Source of the DNA: Blastocatellia bacterium
GTDB lineage: Bacteria; Acidobacteriota; Blastocatellia; RBC074
DNA: 64,000 bases
Reading direction: 5' to 3'
Assembly (NCBI GenBank): GCA_046331525.1
Contig: JAXLQQ010000026.1
Coordinates: 330 to 64,329 of the forward strand
Shown: piece by piece, positions 20,675-31,016 of the stretch
Layout: each line of letters opens with the position of its first letter
How positions within the stretch are numbered: position 1 is the stretch's first letter
Notes under the pieces: model-generated
Seen by the model: the letters and a program-made list of their open reading frames with translations, nothing else
The model's database searches: none
Told to the model about the DNA's origin: nothing
Position numbers and translations under genes: made by a program

Positions 20675-23600
20675 ATGAGTGATACCAATCTTCCCGCAAG
20701 CAAACCGACACCAAATGATTTTTTAGTTGTCGGCCTCGGCGCTTCCGCTGGTGGCATTCAGGCGCTGAAGGAATTTTTTGAGCGTGTTCCAGCGGATTCA
20801 GGGATGGCGTATGTTGTTATTCTGCACCTCTCGCCCGATCACGACAGCCAATTGGCGGCGGTGCTGCAAACGGTGACGAAGATTCCCGTCACGCAGGTCA
20901 CCGAAACAGTCAGGATCAGCCCGAATCACGTGTACGTGGTATCGCCGAATCAGCATTTGGAAATGCACGACGGGACGATTACGGTCACGCCGAATACGCT
21001 GATAGAAGAGCGCCGCGCGCCCGTGGATATTTTCTTTCGCACGCTGGCCGAATCGCACGGGGCGCACGCTGTGGCGGTCGTGCTATCAGGCACGGGCGCG
21101 AACGGTTCGATGGGGTTGAAGCGCATTAAGGAAAGAGGCGGAGCGGCCTTTGTGCAGAACCCACGCGAGGCTGAATTCAGCGAGATGCCGCGCAATTCGA
21201 TTGCGACGGATTTGGTGGACGATATTTTGCCGGTCGCCGAAATTCCAGCGAAGATCATTGCATACAAAGAAAGTCTCGGCACCATCGAAATCCCCGTCGA
21301 AGCCGAAGCGCGGCCCGAAGATCAGCAACAAGCCTTGCGCGAAGTGTTCACACAGTTACGCCTACGCACAGGGCATGATTTTTCCAACTACAAACGCCCG
21401 ACGCTGCTGCGCCGCATCGAACGCCGCATCAATATTCGCAACCTGCCGAACCTGCCGTCCTACGCAGCCTTCCTGCATCAACACCCAGAGGAAACACAGG
21501 CGCTGCTGAAAGACCTGTTGATTTCTGTCACCAACTTTTTCCGTGATTCGAGAGCCTTCGAGGCGGTTGAGCGCGATATTTTGCCGCGCCTCGTGCAGGA
21601 CAAACGAGCTGGAAGTTTCTTGCGGATTTGGGTCGTCGGTTGTGCAACGGGGGAGGAAGCCTACTCGATAGCGATGCTCTGCGCTGAAAAGTTGATGGGG
21701 GTGATTGACGCGCCCAAGGTGCAGATTTTCGCTACTGATATTGATGAAGCCGCCATCACTGTGGCGCGTGAAGGGTTGTACACGATCAACGACGCGGCGG
21801 ATGTGTCGCCCGAACGTTTACGCCGCTTCTTTACGAAAGAAGGCGAGTCGTATCGCGTGCGGCGGGAATTGCGAGAAATGGTTTTGTTCGCGGTTCACAA
21901 CGTCATCAAAGACCCGCCGTTCTCGCATCTCGACCTTGTGACCTGCCGCAATATGTTGATCTATCTGAATCACACTGCGCAGGAGCGCGTAATGGAAACG
22001 CTGCATTTCGCGCTAAATCCGGGTGGCTTTTTGTTCCTGGGCATGTCGGAATCGGTGGAAGGCGCAGGCGATTTATTTGTACCGGCCAGCCGCGAGCATC
22101 ACATTTTTCAGAGCCGTCAGGTCGCGTCGCGCGCCTATCCAGTACCGGAATCTGTGCCGAACTTTCGCATCGAAAAAAATCGCACGGTGGAGGCGTTGCT
22201 GGACAGCGAGAAGCGCACACGCGAACGCATCACGTTTGGCGATTTGCATCAGCGCCTGCTCGAGCAATACGCGCCGCCCTCGCTCGTCGTCAACGAAGAA
22301 TATGACATCGTGCATTTGACGGAGCGCGCCGGACATTACCTGCAAATCGGCGGCGGCGAACCGTCAAATAACTTGCTCAAACTCGTGCGCCAGGAATTGC
22401 GGCTTGAACTGCGCACGGCGCTTTATCAGGCCACGCAACGACAAACGAATGTCGAAGCTCGCAATTTGCAGTTTCGCATCAACGATTACTCCGAAACCGT
22501 CAACATTCACGTACGTCCGGTGTTGCAGGGCGAAGACACAGCGCGCGGCTTTCTGCTGGTGTTGTTTGAGCCGGGCGCGGGCCCAACAAATGACGAAGAA
22601 AAAATCTTCACGTCTGATGAGCCGATGGCGCGGTAGCGGAAGAAGAATTGATGCGCCTGAAAGCGCAACTGCGCGCCACCAGCGAACAGCACGAATTGCA
22701 GGCCGAAGAACTGAAAGCCCCAACGAAGAGTTGCAGGCGATGAACGAGGAATTGCGTTCGGCGGCGGAAGAATTGGAAACCAGCAAGGAAGAGTTGCAAT
22801 CCATCAACGAAGAGTTGACGACCGTCAATCAGGAACTCAAGATCAAGATCGAAGAAACCACGCTCGCCAGCAACAACCTGCAAAACCTCATCAACTCCAC
22901 CGACATCGGCACGGTTTTTCTGGATCGCAGCTTTCGCGTCGTGCTTTTTACTCCGGCGGCGCGTCAACTTTTCAATCTCATTCCGGCGGATTACGGGCGC
23001 CCACTTTCTGACATTACGCACCGGCTTGCTTACGCCGATTTGCTGCACGATGCCGAAACGGTGTTGGAAAAATTGCAGCCCATTGAGCGCGAAGTACACA
23101 CGACGGACGAGCGCACTTTTTTGATGCGCGTGTTGCCTTACCGCACGGCGGACGACCGCATTCAAGGCATAGTCATTACGTTCATGGATATGACCGAACG
23201 CAAACGGTCAGAAGAGCTACTCGCCGAAGATTTGCGCGGCACGCAGATTTTGCAGACGCTGGCATTGCGGCTGGTGACGGAAGAAAACATTCAGACGATT
23301 TACGATGAGATCATGACAGCCGCCATCGAAATCACGCGGGCGGACACGGGTACAGTGCAGATGTTGGACGGCGAAACGGAGGAACTCATCTTTCTCGCTT
23401 CCAGCAACATCACGCCGCGCATGCTGGATTTTTTCCGTCGTGTTGATGCCACTTCCAGCTCGCCCTGCGGCATCGCGCTCAAGACGGGCGCGCGCTCGTT
23501 TGTGCATTTCGACCAACCGGGAACGGAAGACACCGACGGCGGATTTCGCCTGCACGTCGAAGCGGGTCTACTCTCGGCGCAATCTACACCATTGATCGCG

Positions 23601-25744
23601 CGTTCAGGCAAACCTCTCGGCATGGTTTCGACACATTGGCGCAAAGCGGGGCATCGTCCGACTGAGCGCGAACTGCGCTTCCTTGATTTGCTTGCCCGCC
23701 AAGCCGCCGACTTGATCGAACAACGGCAGGCGGCGAAAGCCCAGCACGAATCGGAAGAAAAATACCGTTCGATTTTCAGTTCCATTGATGAGGGCTTCTG
23801 CATTCTCGAAATGATTTTTGACCAAAGCGAGAAGGCGATTGATTTTCGTTACATCGAAACGAATCAGGCTTTCGAGCGGCTGACCGGAAACCAAAATGTG
23901 GCTGGGCGATTGTGCAGTGAAGTCTCGCCCGACCCGGAAGGTTACTGGCTCGAAACTTACGGCGCGGTGGCGCGGACGGGCGAACCGCAGCGCATCGAAA
24001 ATTACAACGCGGCGACAGGAGGTTGGTATTCGTCTTACGCTTCGCGCATCGGCGGCGCGGGCAGCCGCCAAGTCGCGCTCGTTTTTGACAACATCACTGA
24101 GCGCAAACGCGAAGAGCAGCGGCAGGAATTGATTTTGAAATTGAGCGATACACTACGACCGCTCGCCGACCCGATTGCTTCTCAAGAGGTTGCGGTGCGG
24201 ATGCTGGGAACACATCTCGGCGTTGACCGCTGCTACTATGCGGAGTTCGATTGGCCGCGCGACGTGCTTTACATTCACCACGAATACACCCGGCAAGGCG
24301 CGGTGAGCGCAATTGGCGCGCACCCGATCAGTCTGTTCAACGACCTGCTGGTACATGTCATAAGGGCGAGCCGCTCGTTTGCGACGACATCATGACGCAT
24401 CCGGTTTTTGGCGGAGAAGCCGCCGCCTATCGTGCACGCGGCACCAACGCCTTTATCCTCATGCCACTGGTCAAGCAAGGAACAATGGTCGCGTGTATGT
24501 GCGTGACGATGGAAACCGCGCGGCATTGGTCTGCTGCCGAAATCGAGCTTGTCGAAGAAGTCGCCGAGCGGACATGGTCGGCAGTCGAACGCGCCCGCGC
24601 TGAAGAAGCCTTGCGCATATCAGAAGAGCGGCTGCGCATGCTGATTGAAAATCTGCCGGGTGGGGCAGCCTTCATCGTTGACCGTGAATTGCGCTACCTG
24701 CTCGCGGTTGGCGAAGCCCTCACCGACGCTGGTTTTGTGGCGCAGAATTTTGTCGGCAAAACAATTTTCGAGGCGCTTGGGGCGGAAGTGGCGGCGAGTT
24801 ATGAGCCGAATTTTCGGCAAGCACTAGCAGGCGCAGCCTTCACGCACGAACACGACGCGTATGGCCGATCCTACATCACGCGCGGGCTACCGCTGCGTTC
24901 GTCCAGCGGCGAAATCTACGCTGTGCTGGCCGTTTCTTATGACATCACTGAGCGCAAACGCGCGGAAGCGGAATTGCAGAAAGCGCGCGAACAACTGGAA
25001 GAAAAGGTCAGAGAACGCACGCAGGAATTATACGAAGTCAATGCCGGATTGCACTCAGAGATCAGGCGTCGGCAGGAAGTCGAAGCCGAACGGCAGCGCT
25101 TGCTTGGACAAATTGTCCGCACGCAGGAAGACGAACGACGGCGCATTTCACGCGAGATACACGATAGTTTCGGGCAGCAACTCACGGCATTACGGCTGCG
25201 GTTGGAAGACCTGCAAAAATCAAGTACGGGAACCGCCGCCGAACGCTGGCAGGAATTGCAGCAAATGCTCAAGCGGCTGGACGGGGAAATTGATTTTCTG
25301 GCCTGGGAACTGCGCCCCGCCGCGCTCGACGAGTTGGGCTTGATTCCAGCCCTTACGACTTTTGTCGAGGAATGGGCAAAGCAATTTGGCGTGGCCACTG
25401 ACTTTCATACGAATGAAAAAGAACGCTTCTCGTATGAAATCGAAACCAATCTATACCGGATCGCACAGGAAGCCCTGAACAACGTCTCTAAGCACGCACA
25501 GGCAACACAGGTGAGCATTTTGCTGGAGCGCCGCGATTTTCACCTGGTCTTGATTGTCGAAGATAACGGCGTCGGATTTGATTCACAGCAAAAATTGCTG
25601 AGTGACATCACGGACAGAGGGTTAGGGCTTGTCGGCATGCGCGAACGTGCTACACTCATCGGCGGCACGCTTGAAATCGAATCTTCCCCCGGCAGTGGCA
25701 CAACAATTTTTGCTCGTATCCCAATCTCCCCCGCTAACCAATGA
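20675..25744 (+). pseudogene. CheB-CheR fusion sensor histidine kinase (CheB methylesterase, CheR methyltransferase, NEEL-repeat coiled coil, PAS/GAF array, HisKA_3, HATPase); three -1 frame changes
   Basis: Colinear domains are spread over four frame segments: 20675-22633, 22633-22719, 22722-24361 and 24362-25744. Motifs: GASAGGIQAL (CheB), VVGCATGEEAYSIAM (CheR), NEELQAMNEELRSAAEELETSKEELQSINEEL, H-box SREIHDSFGQQLTAL, and GLGLVGMRERA. The shifts are at about 22632, 22718 and 24362. Confidence 0.85.
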
Positions 25745-25750
25745 AACCTT

Positions 25751-26404
25751 ATGGATAAAGTGCGTGTGTTTCTGGCAGACGACCACGCCGTGCTGCGGCA
25801 AGGCCTGAAACTAATCATCAACGCAGAAGCCGATATGCAGGTGGTGGGTGAAGCAGAGGATGGGCAGACTGCGCTGAAACTCATTCCAACTCTCAAGCCA
25901 GATATCGTCGTGCTGGACGTTTCAATGCCAAAGCTTAACGGACTGGAAACCACACAGGAATTAAAACGCCTATTGCCCAAGCTCAAAATCATTGCCCTGA
26001 CCCGCCACAGCGATAGCCATTACGTACAACAGCTTTTGCACGCCGGGGCCGCAGGCTATGCACTCAAACAAAGCGAAGGCCGCGAAATTATCCGTGCGAT
26101 TCGCGTCGTTGCAACAGAAGGCACTTATCTTGACCCGACCATTGCAGGCAAAGTGATCGACACGCTGGTTGGGCGCGTATCCAAACGCAACATCGAAAAA
26201 GCCGGAACACTGACGGAACGCGAAACCGAAGTCCTGCGTCTGATTGCCCTCGGCTACAGCAACAAAGAAATCGCCAACCACTTCGCCTTGAGCGTGAAAA
26301 CCGTCGAAACGCACAAAGCGAATGCGATGCTGAAACTGGATATGAATAGCCGTGTGGATATTGTACGTTATGGCATTCTGCAAGGCTGGTTACAGGACGA
26401 CTGA
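25751..26404 (+). CDS. NarL/FixJ-family response regulator (REC + LuxR-type HTH)
   Basis: 217 aa with VFLADDH, DIVVLDVSMP and a C-terminal LTERETEVLRLIALGYSNKEIANHFALSVKTVETHKANAMLKL. It starts 7 nt after the kinase stop. Confidence 0.9.
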   Translation: MDKVRVFLADDHAVLRQGLKLIINAEADMQVVGEAEDGQTALKLIPTLKPDIVVLDVSMPKLNGLETTQELKRLLPKLKIIALTRHSDSHYVQQLLHAGAAGYALKQSEGREIIRAIRVVATEGTYLDPTIAGKVIDTLVGRVSKRNIEKAGTLTERETEVLRLIALGYSNKEIANHFALSVKTVETHKANAMLKLDMNSRVDIVRYGILQGWLQDD

Positions 26405-26879
26405 ATTTGCTGAATACACCTTTTGCATCAATACTCTACAGCCAATTTTGGGAGTTCTTTCAGTTAGGGATTTTCCTGATTCAAATGACCCATATCCCTG
26501 ATAGTCCGCCTTCTGCACTCGTGTCAGTTTAATACCCTCAAACTGATAAAGGGTGTGATTGACGGTGGGATTCGCAACGCTATTGGCTTTTTGCTTGGGG
26601 GAGCTGGAAGGCCAAGATCAGGTGTTAGGTGGCAGGCGTTTTGCTTGGGGGAGTAATTATACTTGCCACATAGCACCGCCGAACGAATTCCATTTGCAAT
26701 CACATCCTTCAGCTTGATGCATTGTCCTTTGCCCATGCGGTCACCCATAAATTCGCTGTCGCAAACAGGATGTTTGCGCTATTGAAGCTGTACACTAAAT
26801 ATCTTGTTTGGTGTTCGTTTGTCAAAGTTTCCCTGAATTATAAGAGAAGCTAGTCGCTGCAAAGTAAGGTTGGCAAGAT

Positions 26880-27326
26880 ATGTATTCCACAGTTGTTTCG
26901 CGCGAGGAGGTTTATCGAATGTCTATTCCTCTTCCTTCCTCCCCGCGGTCACGAGTGCTCGTGATTGAGGAAGATGAGAGCTCACGCCATTTGATGCAAG
27001 TGGTGTTGGAGTTGAATGGGTATGACGTGGTGACCGTTACGGATGCTGAGCAAGCCTGGGCGTCGATAGAAGCACTGCCCTTTGATTTGGTACTTCTGAA
27101 TATTGGTTTACCTGTGAATGATGGCTTGGCATTGTTGTCACAATTGCGTGCCCAGCCCGCGCTATGTGCCACGCCGATCATTGTTACGACCGCTTATGGC
27201 GTTTCATCGTTTCGTGCGCAAACGTTGGCCGCTGGCGGCGATTCGATGTTACTAAAACCGATAGACCTGGATGAATTAGAAAGCACCATTCAGTATTGCC
27301 TTAGCAAACAACATCCTTCCGCTTAA
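26880..27326 (+). CDS. Single-domain receiver protein with Asn at the phospho-acceptor position (pseudo-receiver)
   Basis: REC fold: RVLVIEEDES...FDLVLLNIGLPVNDG...IIVTTAYG...LLKPIDL. The canonical DLVLLD Asp reads N (codon aat). The start could instead be 26919. Confidence 0.7.
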   Translation: MYSTVVSREEVYRMSIPLPSSPRSRVLVIEEDESSRHLMQVVLELNGYDVVTVTDAEQAWASIEALPFDLVLLNIGLPVNDGLALLSQLRAQPALCATPIIVTTAYGVSSFRAQTLAAGGDSMLLKPIDLDELESTIQYCLSKQHPSA

Positions 27327-27330
27327 CAGA

Positions 27331-27420
27331 CCGGAACGGTGCGACGAGCAGTACGCAACTCTGAAACAGGCAAGGTGTCAAAAGAAGGCAAACTTGCTAC
27401 AGCTCGTCGCACCGTTCCGG
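27331..27420. repeat. Intergenic inverted repeat (CCGGAACGGTGCGACGAGC ... GCTCGTCGCACCGTTCCGG)
   Basis: A perfect 19-nt inverted repeat (27331-27349 and 27402-27420) between the receiver gene and purN. CAGTACGC follows the left arm. Confidence 0.8.
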
Positions 27421-27548
27421 CTGGAAAACCGGATGCAGTACGCGCCACCTCTCCCGCCCGCATCTTGCACAGGCTTGCAAGCGCCACTCGAAACACTAAT
27501 AATTCCTGCTTAACCGAAAACCGTGCTGGTTGCAGAGGAGACAAACGT

Positions 27549-28154
27549 GTGAAAAAAATAGGTGTTCTGATTTCCGGGCGTGGTTCCAATCTGTTGGCCT
27601 TAATTGAAGCTGTGCAAACAGGACGTATCCCGCAGGCCGAAATTGCGCTGGTGATTAGCAACATCGCCACTGCCGCTGGGTTGCGTAAAGCACAGGAGCA
27701 GGGCATTGCGACATTCGTATTGGATCATCGCGGCAAAACCCGCGAAGAACACGACCGTGCGATGGCTGCCGCATTGCAGGCACAGGCGGTGGATTTAATC
27801 TGTTTGGCTGGTTATATGCGACTGCTGTCGCCCTGGTTTATTCGCACCTTTCCGCAACGTATCCTAAACATTCACCCCTCACTGTTGCCCGCCTTCACAG
27901 GGCTAAACGCACAAGCACAGGCCGTCGAGTACGGCGTGAAGTATTCAGGCTGCACGGTGCATTTTGTAGATGAAGAATTAGATCACGGCGCAATCATCAA
28001 ACAAACCGTCGTCCCCGTGCTGCCGACGGATGATGAGCATACACTGGCGGCGCGCATCCTGACGGAAGAGCATAAAATCTATGCCGAAGCGGTGAATCTG
28101 GTGCTGAGCGGAAAGTTTGAAATCCAGGGACGACGAGTCATCGAAACAACCTGA
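27549..28154 (+). CDS. purN: Phosphoribosylglycinamide formyltransferase
   Basis: The GTG at 27549 gives (M)KKIGVLISGRGSNLLALIEA. Other motifs are NIHPSLLPAFTG and TVHFVDEELDHGAII. The track ORF's upstream 70 codons cover the palindromic repeat and are not PurN-like. Confidence 0.88.
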   Translation: MKKIGVLISGRGSNLLALIEAVQTGRIPQAEIALVISNIATAAGLRKAQEQGIATFVLDHRGKTREEHDRAMAAALQAQAVDLICLAGYMRLLSPWFIRTFPQRILNIHPSLLPAFTGLNAQAQAVEYGVKYSGCTVHFVDEELDHGAIIKQTVVPVLPTDDEHTLAARILTEEHKIYAEAVNLVLSGKFEIQGRRVIETT

Positions 28155-28486
28155 GTCATGATGACACTGGCAGGCGCAAAGTCGGTAAATTTACCTCATT
28201 GCAATCCCTCAACAGCCGTGTTAGAAAATCGCTACCCCACATTTGAGGCTCACAATAAACAGAAAAATAGATGAAGCCGTAAAGAATTGAAAACAGGAAT
28301 AACCTTCACCTGATTTCCAACGGCAGAAAGCCGAAAGTTGGATTTGACGTTGAGCAAGCGGTCTGTACCCCCTTATCACCTTGTCTCGTAATATAGATCA
28401 CCATTCTTAGGCGGGCGCTGTCTGCGCAGCCCCGTGTTGGCTACCTACCGCGTGGCCCCGAGATTATCTTAGGAGTAGTACCATTC

Positions 28487-29572
28487 ATGAATCGAAAATC
28501 TTTCGTCGCACTCGTGTGCGCTGGTGTAACTGTGCGCCGTCTGTCTATCGCAGCCTTGGCGCTTACGCTGGCGTTACTTGGCAATCTTTATTTCGCCACC
28601 CCGCAACACGCGCAATCCACCACGCTGGATGCCGAAGAGCAGGCGTTTCTGACGCTGATCAATAACTACCGCCAACAAAACGGGCTGCAACCGCTGCAAG
28701 CGTCCGTGACGCTGACCAACGCTTCCAAATGGATGAGCAACGATATGGCCACGAAAAACTATTTCAGCCATACCGACAGCGGTGGGCGCGATCCGTTCAC
28801 GCGGATGCGCGATTTTGGCTACAACTACAACACGTATATGGGCGAGAACATCGCCGCCGGGTACAGCGATGCCACGAATACGTTCAATCAATGGAAAAAT
28901 TCGGCAGGGCATAATGCCAATATGCTCAATGCCAGTTACAAAGTGATCGGCATCGGGCGCGTGGCAAATGCTGGCTCGACCTATCGTTACTACTGGACAA
29001 CGGATTTCGGCGGCGTTGTGGATCAGGTAATCGGTGGCGGAGGAACGCCGACACCAACACCAACTCCTACGCCCAAACCAACGCCAACACCAACTCCTAC
29101 GCCGACACCAACACCGACACCAACACCAACTCCCACACCCACGCCTACAACCGTAGCGTTGCTCAATCCGGGCTTTGAGAGTGGGTTAGCGAATTGGACG
29201 ACGAGCGGGTATGTGTATTACACGACCAGCTATATTACAGAAGGGCGATATGCAGGATTGCTGTATGCGAATACTTCGTTGCCTTCTTCCATCTTCCAGT
29301 GGGTGCAGTTGACGCCGGGTGCCACGTACGACCTGAGCGTTGATGCAATCGCGCCGTCTGCTTCAGTACCCACGCTCGGTGTGCGCTGGGAAAACAATGC
29401 CGATGGCCCCAGCGTGCGCTATACCGGCGCGGGAACGCGACAAACGCCGAAAGTTCGCTTTACGGTTCCGGCAGGAACGGGCAAGGTGGGTGTGTACGTC
29501 AAGAACAACAGCGCGTCCACCAGTTATTACTGGGTTGTTGTGGATAACCTCCAACTTGTGCGCGTCAACTAA
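28487..29572 (+). CDS. Secreted CAP/SCP (PR-1-like) domain protein with Thr-Pro linker and C-terminal beta-sandwich (CBM-like) domain
   Basis: Signal peptide, then a CAP-like region (LINNYRQQNGLQPL...WMSNDMA...HNANML...IGIG), then a (TP)n linker. The C-terminal 140 aa (NPGFESGLANWT...VDNLQLV) resembles carbohydrate-binding modules. Confidence 0.7.
   Translation: MNRKSFVALVCAGVTVRRLSIAALALTLALLGNLYFATPQHAQSTTLDAEEQAFLTLINNYRQQNGLQPLQASVTLTNASKWMSNDMATKNYFSHTDSGGRDPFTRMRDFGYNYNTYMGENIAAGYSDATNTFNQWKNSAGHNANMLNASYKVIGIGRVANAGSTYRYYWTTDFGGVVDQVIGGGGTPTPTPTPTPKPTPTPTPTPTPTPTPTPTPTPTPTTVALLNPGFESGLANWTTSGYVYYTTSYITEGRYAGLLYANTSLPSSIFQWVQLTPGATYDLSVDAIAPSASVPTLGVRWENNADGPSVRYTGAGTRQTPKVRFTVPAGTGKVGVYVKNNSASTSYYWVVVDNLQLVRVN
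29045..29152 (+). repeat. Tandem hexanucleotide (ACNCCN) repeat encoding the (Thr-Pro)n linker
   Basis: About 18 consecutive ACNCCN units, read directly; they translate to TPTPTPTPTPKPTPTPTP... Confidence 0.9.
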
Positions 29573-29595
29573 GGGCGATTCGTTGATGCACAAAG

Positions 29596-29640
29596 CAAGA
29601 GCCTGCCGGTCGTGAAGACGGGCAGGCTCTTGTTGTTAGA
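29596..29640. terminator. Rho-independent-type terminator hairpin between convergent genes
   Basis: CAAGAGCCTGCC(29596-29607)...GGCAGGCTCTTG(29621-29632) is followed by TTGTTGTT. It lies after the CAP gene stop (29572) and before the convergent wzt stop (29728). Confidence 0.65.
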
Positions 29641-29642
29641 AA

Positions 29643-29715
29643 GTACGACAAACATCTTGTTTGTCGCTCAACGTAAAACCTCAAAACAGCGCGACAAACA
29701 AGATGTTTGTCGTAC
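29643..29715. repeat. Intergenic double-hairpin palindrome, family B (GTACGACA...)
   Basis: A perfect 25-nt inverted repeat: GTACGACAAACATCTTGTTTGTCGC (29643-29667) and its reverse complement (29691-29715). Each arm is itself a hairpin. It shares the GTACGACA terminus with 12029-12096. Confidence 0.85.
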
Positions 29716-29727
29716 AACGAACGGCAG

Positions 29728-31014
29728 CTAGTTGAAAGCGGTTTCCGTCGTTTGTACCGTCAGCGTTTCATTGACTGGCAACACGCGCCATTGCTGCGCA
29801 TTATAAAAAAGCCCGCGCACCGATTTCCCCGGCAGCACTTTGAGGATGTATTGACGCGGCTTCAAATCATAGGGCGCAACGGAACCGCGCTTGCTGAAAA
29901 TGGCATCGGTTTTATAAACGCCGGGTGTCAGGCCAAATTCCGTGCAATCAAATTCGACAATGCCTTCATCCGGCAGCGAAGAGATTTCCGAGCCATTGAT
30001 AGCGGTCGTCAGGTGCGTATACAAGCGATCATCCGGCGAATAAAACAACAACTCAAACACCGGGTCTTCAATCGTGCTGTAGGTGCGGTAGTGAAGGCGG
30101 ACAGTTAATTTGTCGCCCGTCGCCACCGTATCGGTTTCCTGCCCGTCGCCATTGATAAACTTCACGCTCACGATTTCTGCCTGTTGGCCGTACAGCGACG
30201 TTTGCGATTCGATGGCAAGGCCAGTGGTGTTTTGCGCGAGTCCCGTATTGGATTTCTTGGCGAACAGCACTTCGTTGTAATAAATGCTGATGACTTCCTG
30301 CGGCTTGCCGACGGCGCGAATCTGGCCTTTGGAAACAAAGACGACGCGATCACACAGCCGCTCCACCGCTGGCATATCGTGCGAAACGAAAGCGATGGTC
30401 ATCCCGCCGCGTCGCAACTCTTCGATGCGCTGTTGGCATTTGCTTTGAAAGTTGGCATCGCCCACCGCCAGCACTTCGTCCACCAGCAAGACCGCCGGGT
30501 TTATGTGTGCCGCGACGGCAAAGCCTAAACGCACGTACATTCCCGATGAATAGCGTTTGACGGGCGTGTCAATGAACTTTTCCATTTCGGAAAAGGCAAC
30601 GATGCGGTCGAACTTTTTGGCAACCTCGGCTTTCTTCATGCCCATAATCGAGCCGTACAGAAAAATGTTTTCGCGCCCCGTCAATTCAGGGTGAAAGCCC
30701 GCGCCGACTTCGATCAGTGAAGCGACCGAACCACCAACCATAATCTTGCCTTCGTTCGGATAAATGATGCGCGCCAGCAATTTCAGCAGCGTACTTTTGC
30801 CGGAACCGTTCGGGCCGATAAAGCCGACGGTTTCGCCGCGCTCGACGGCAAGGCTGACTTCCTTCAGCGCATAGAATTCATCGCTGCCCGCCTGTCCGCG
30901 CGCACTCGGCAGCATATTCTTCATCATCCGCCCAAACTCTTCGCGGATGGATTTGGAACCCAGGCGGCTGAGGCGATATTTTTTGGAAACCTGATCTAAA
31001 ACAACAATGCTCAT
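29728..31014 (-). CDS. Polysaccharide ABC exporter ATP-binding protein (Wzt/TagH type) with C-terminal substrate-binding-like extension
   Basis: Walker [10 protein letters not shown], signature [11 protein letters not shown], Walker [12 protein letters not shown]. An extra domain of about 170 aa follows. It is encoded 2 nt after wzm. Confidence 0.85.
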   Translation of the reverse strand: MSIVVLDQVSKKYRLSRLGSKSIREEFGRMMKNMLPSARGQAGSDEFYALKEVSLAVERGETVGFIGPNGSGKSTLLKLLARIIYPNEGKIMVGGSVASLIEVGAGFHPELTGRENIFLYGSIMGMKKAEVAKKFDRIVAFSEMEKFIDTPVKRYSSGMYVRLGFAVAAHINPAVLLVDEVLAVGDANFQSKCQQRIEELRRGGMTIAFVSHDMPAVERLCDRVVFVSKGQIRAVGKPQEVISIYYNEVLFAKKSNTGLAQNTTGLAIESQTSLYGQQAEIVSVKFINGDGQETDTVATGDKLTVRLHYRTYSTIEDPVFELLFYSPDDRLYTHLTTAINGSEISSLPDEGIVEFDCTEFGLTPGVYKTDAIFSKRGSVAPYDLKPRQYILKVLPGKSVRGLFYNAQQWRVLPVNETLTVQTTETAFN

Positions 31015-31016
31015 AC

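Noticed and set aside
22631-22722. Treating the frame segments of the CheB-CheR kinase (and 42348/42491, 45727/46645) as separate overlapping genes
   Set aside because: Domain order is colinear across the junctions: the coiled-coil repeat, a GAF domain and the PSBD are each split mid-domain. The downstream segments also lack plausible independent starts.
26524-26748. A 74-codon minus-strand ORF in the AT-richer gap, considered as a possible mobile-element or toxin remnant
   Set aside because: I recognise no family motif and see no flanking inverted or direct repeats typical of IS ends. Its coding potential is unsupported, so it is kept only as part of the intergenic observation.
29045-29152. 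The Thr-Pro hexanucleotide tract, and the many palindromes, as possible CRISPR arrays
   Set aside because: There is no repeat-spacer periodicity. The tract is in-frame coding sequence, and the palindromes are single inverted repeats. No cas genes are present.
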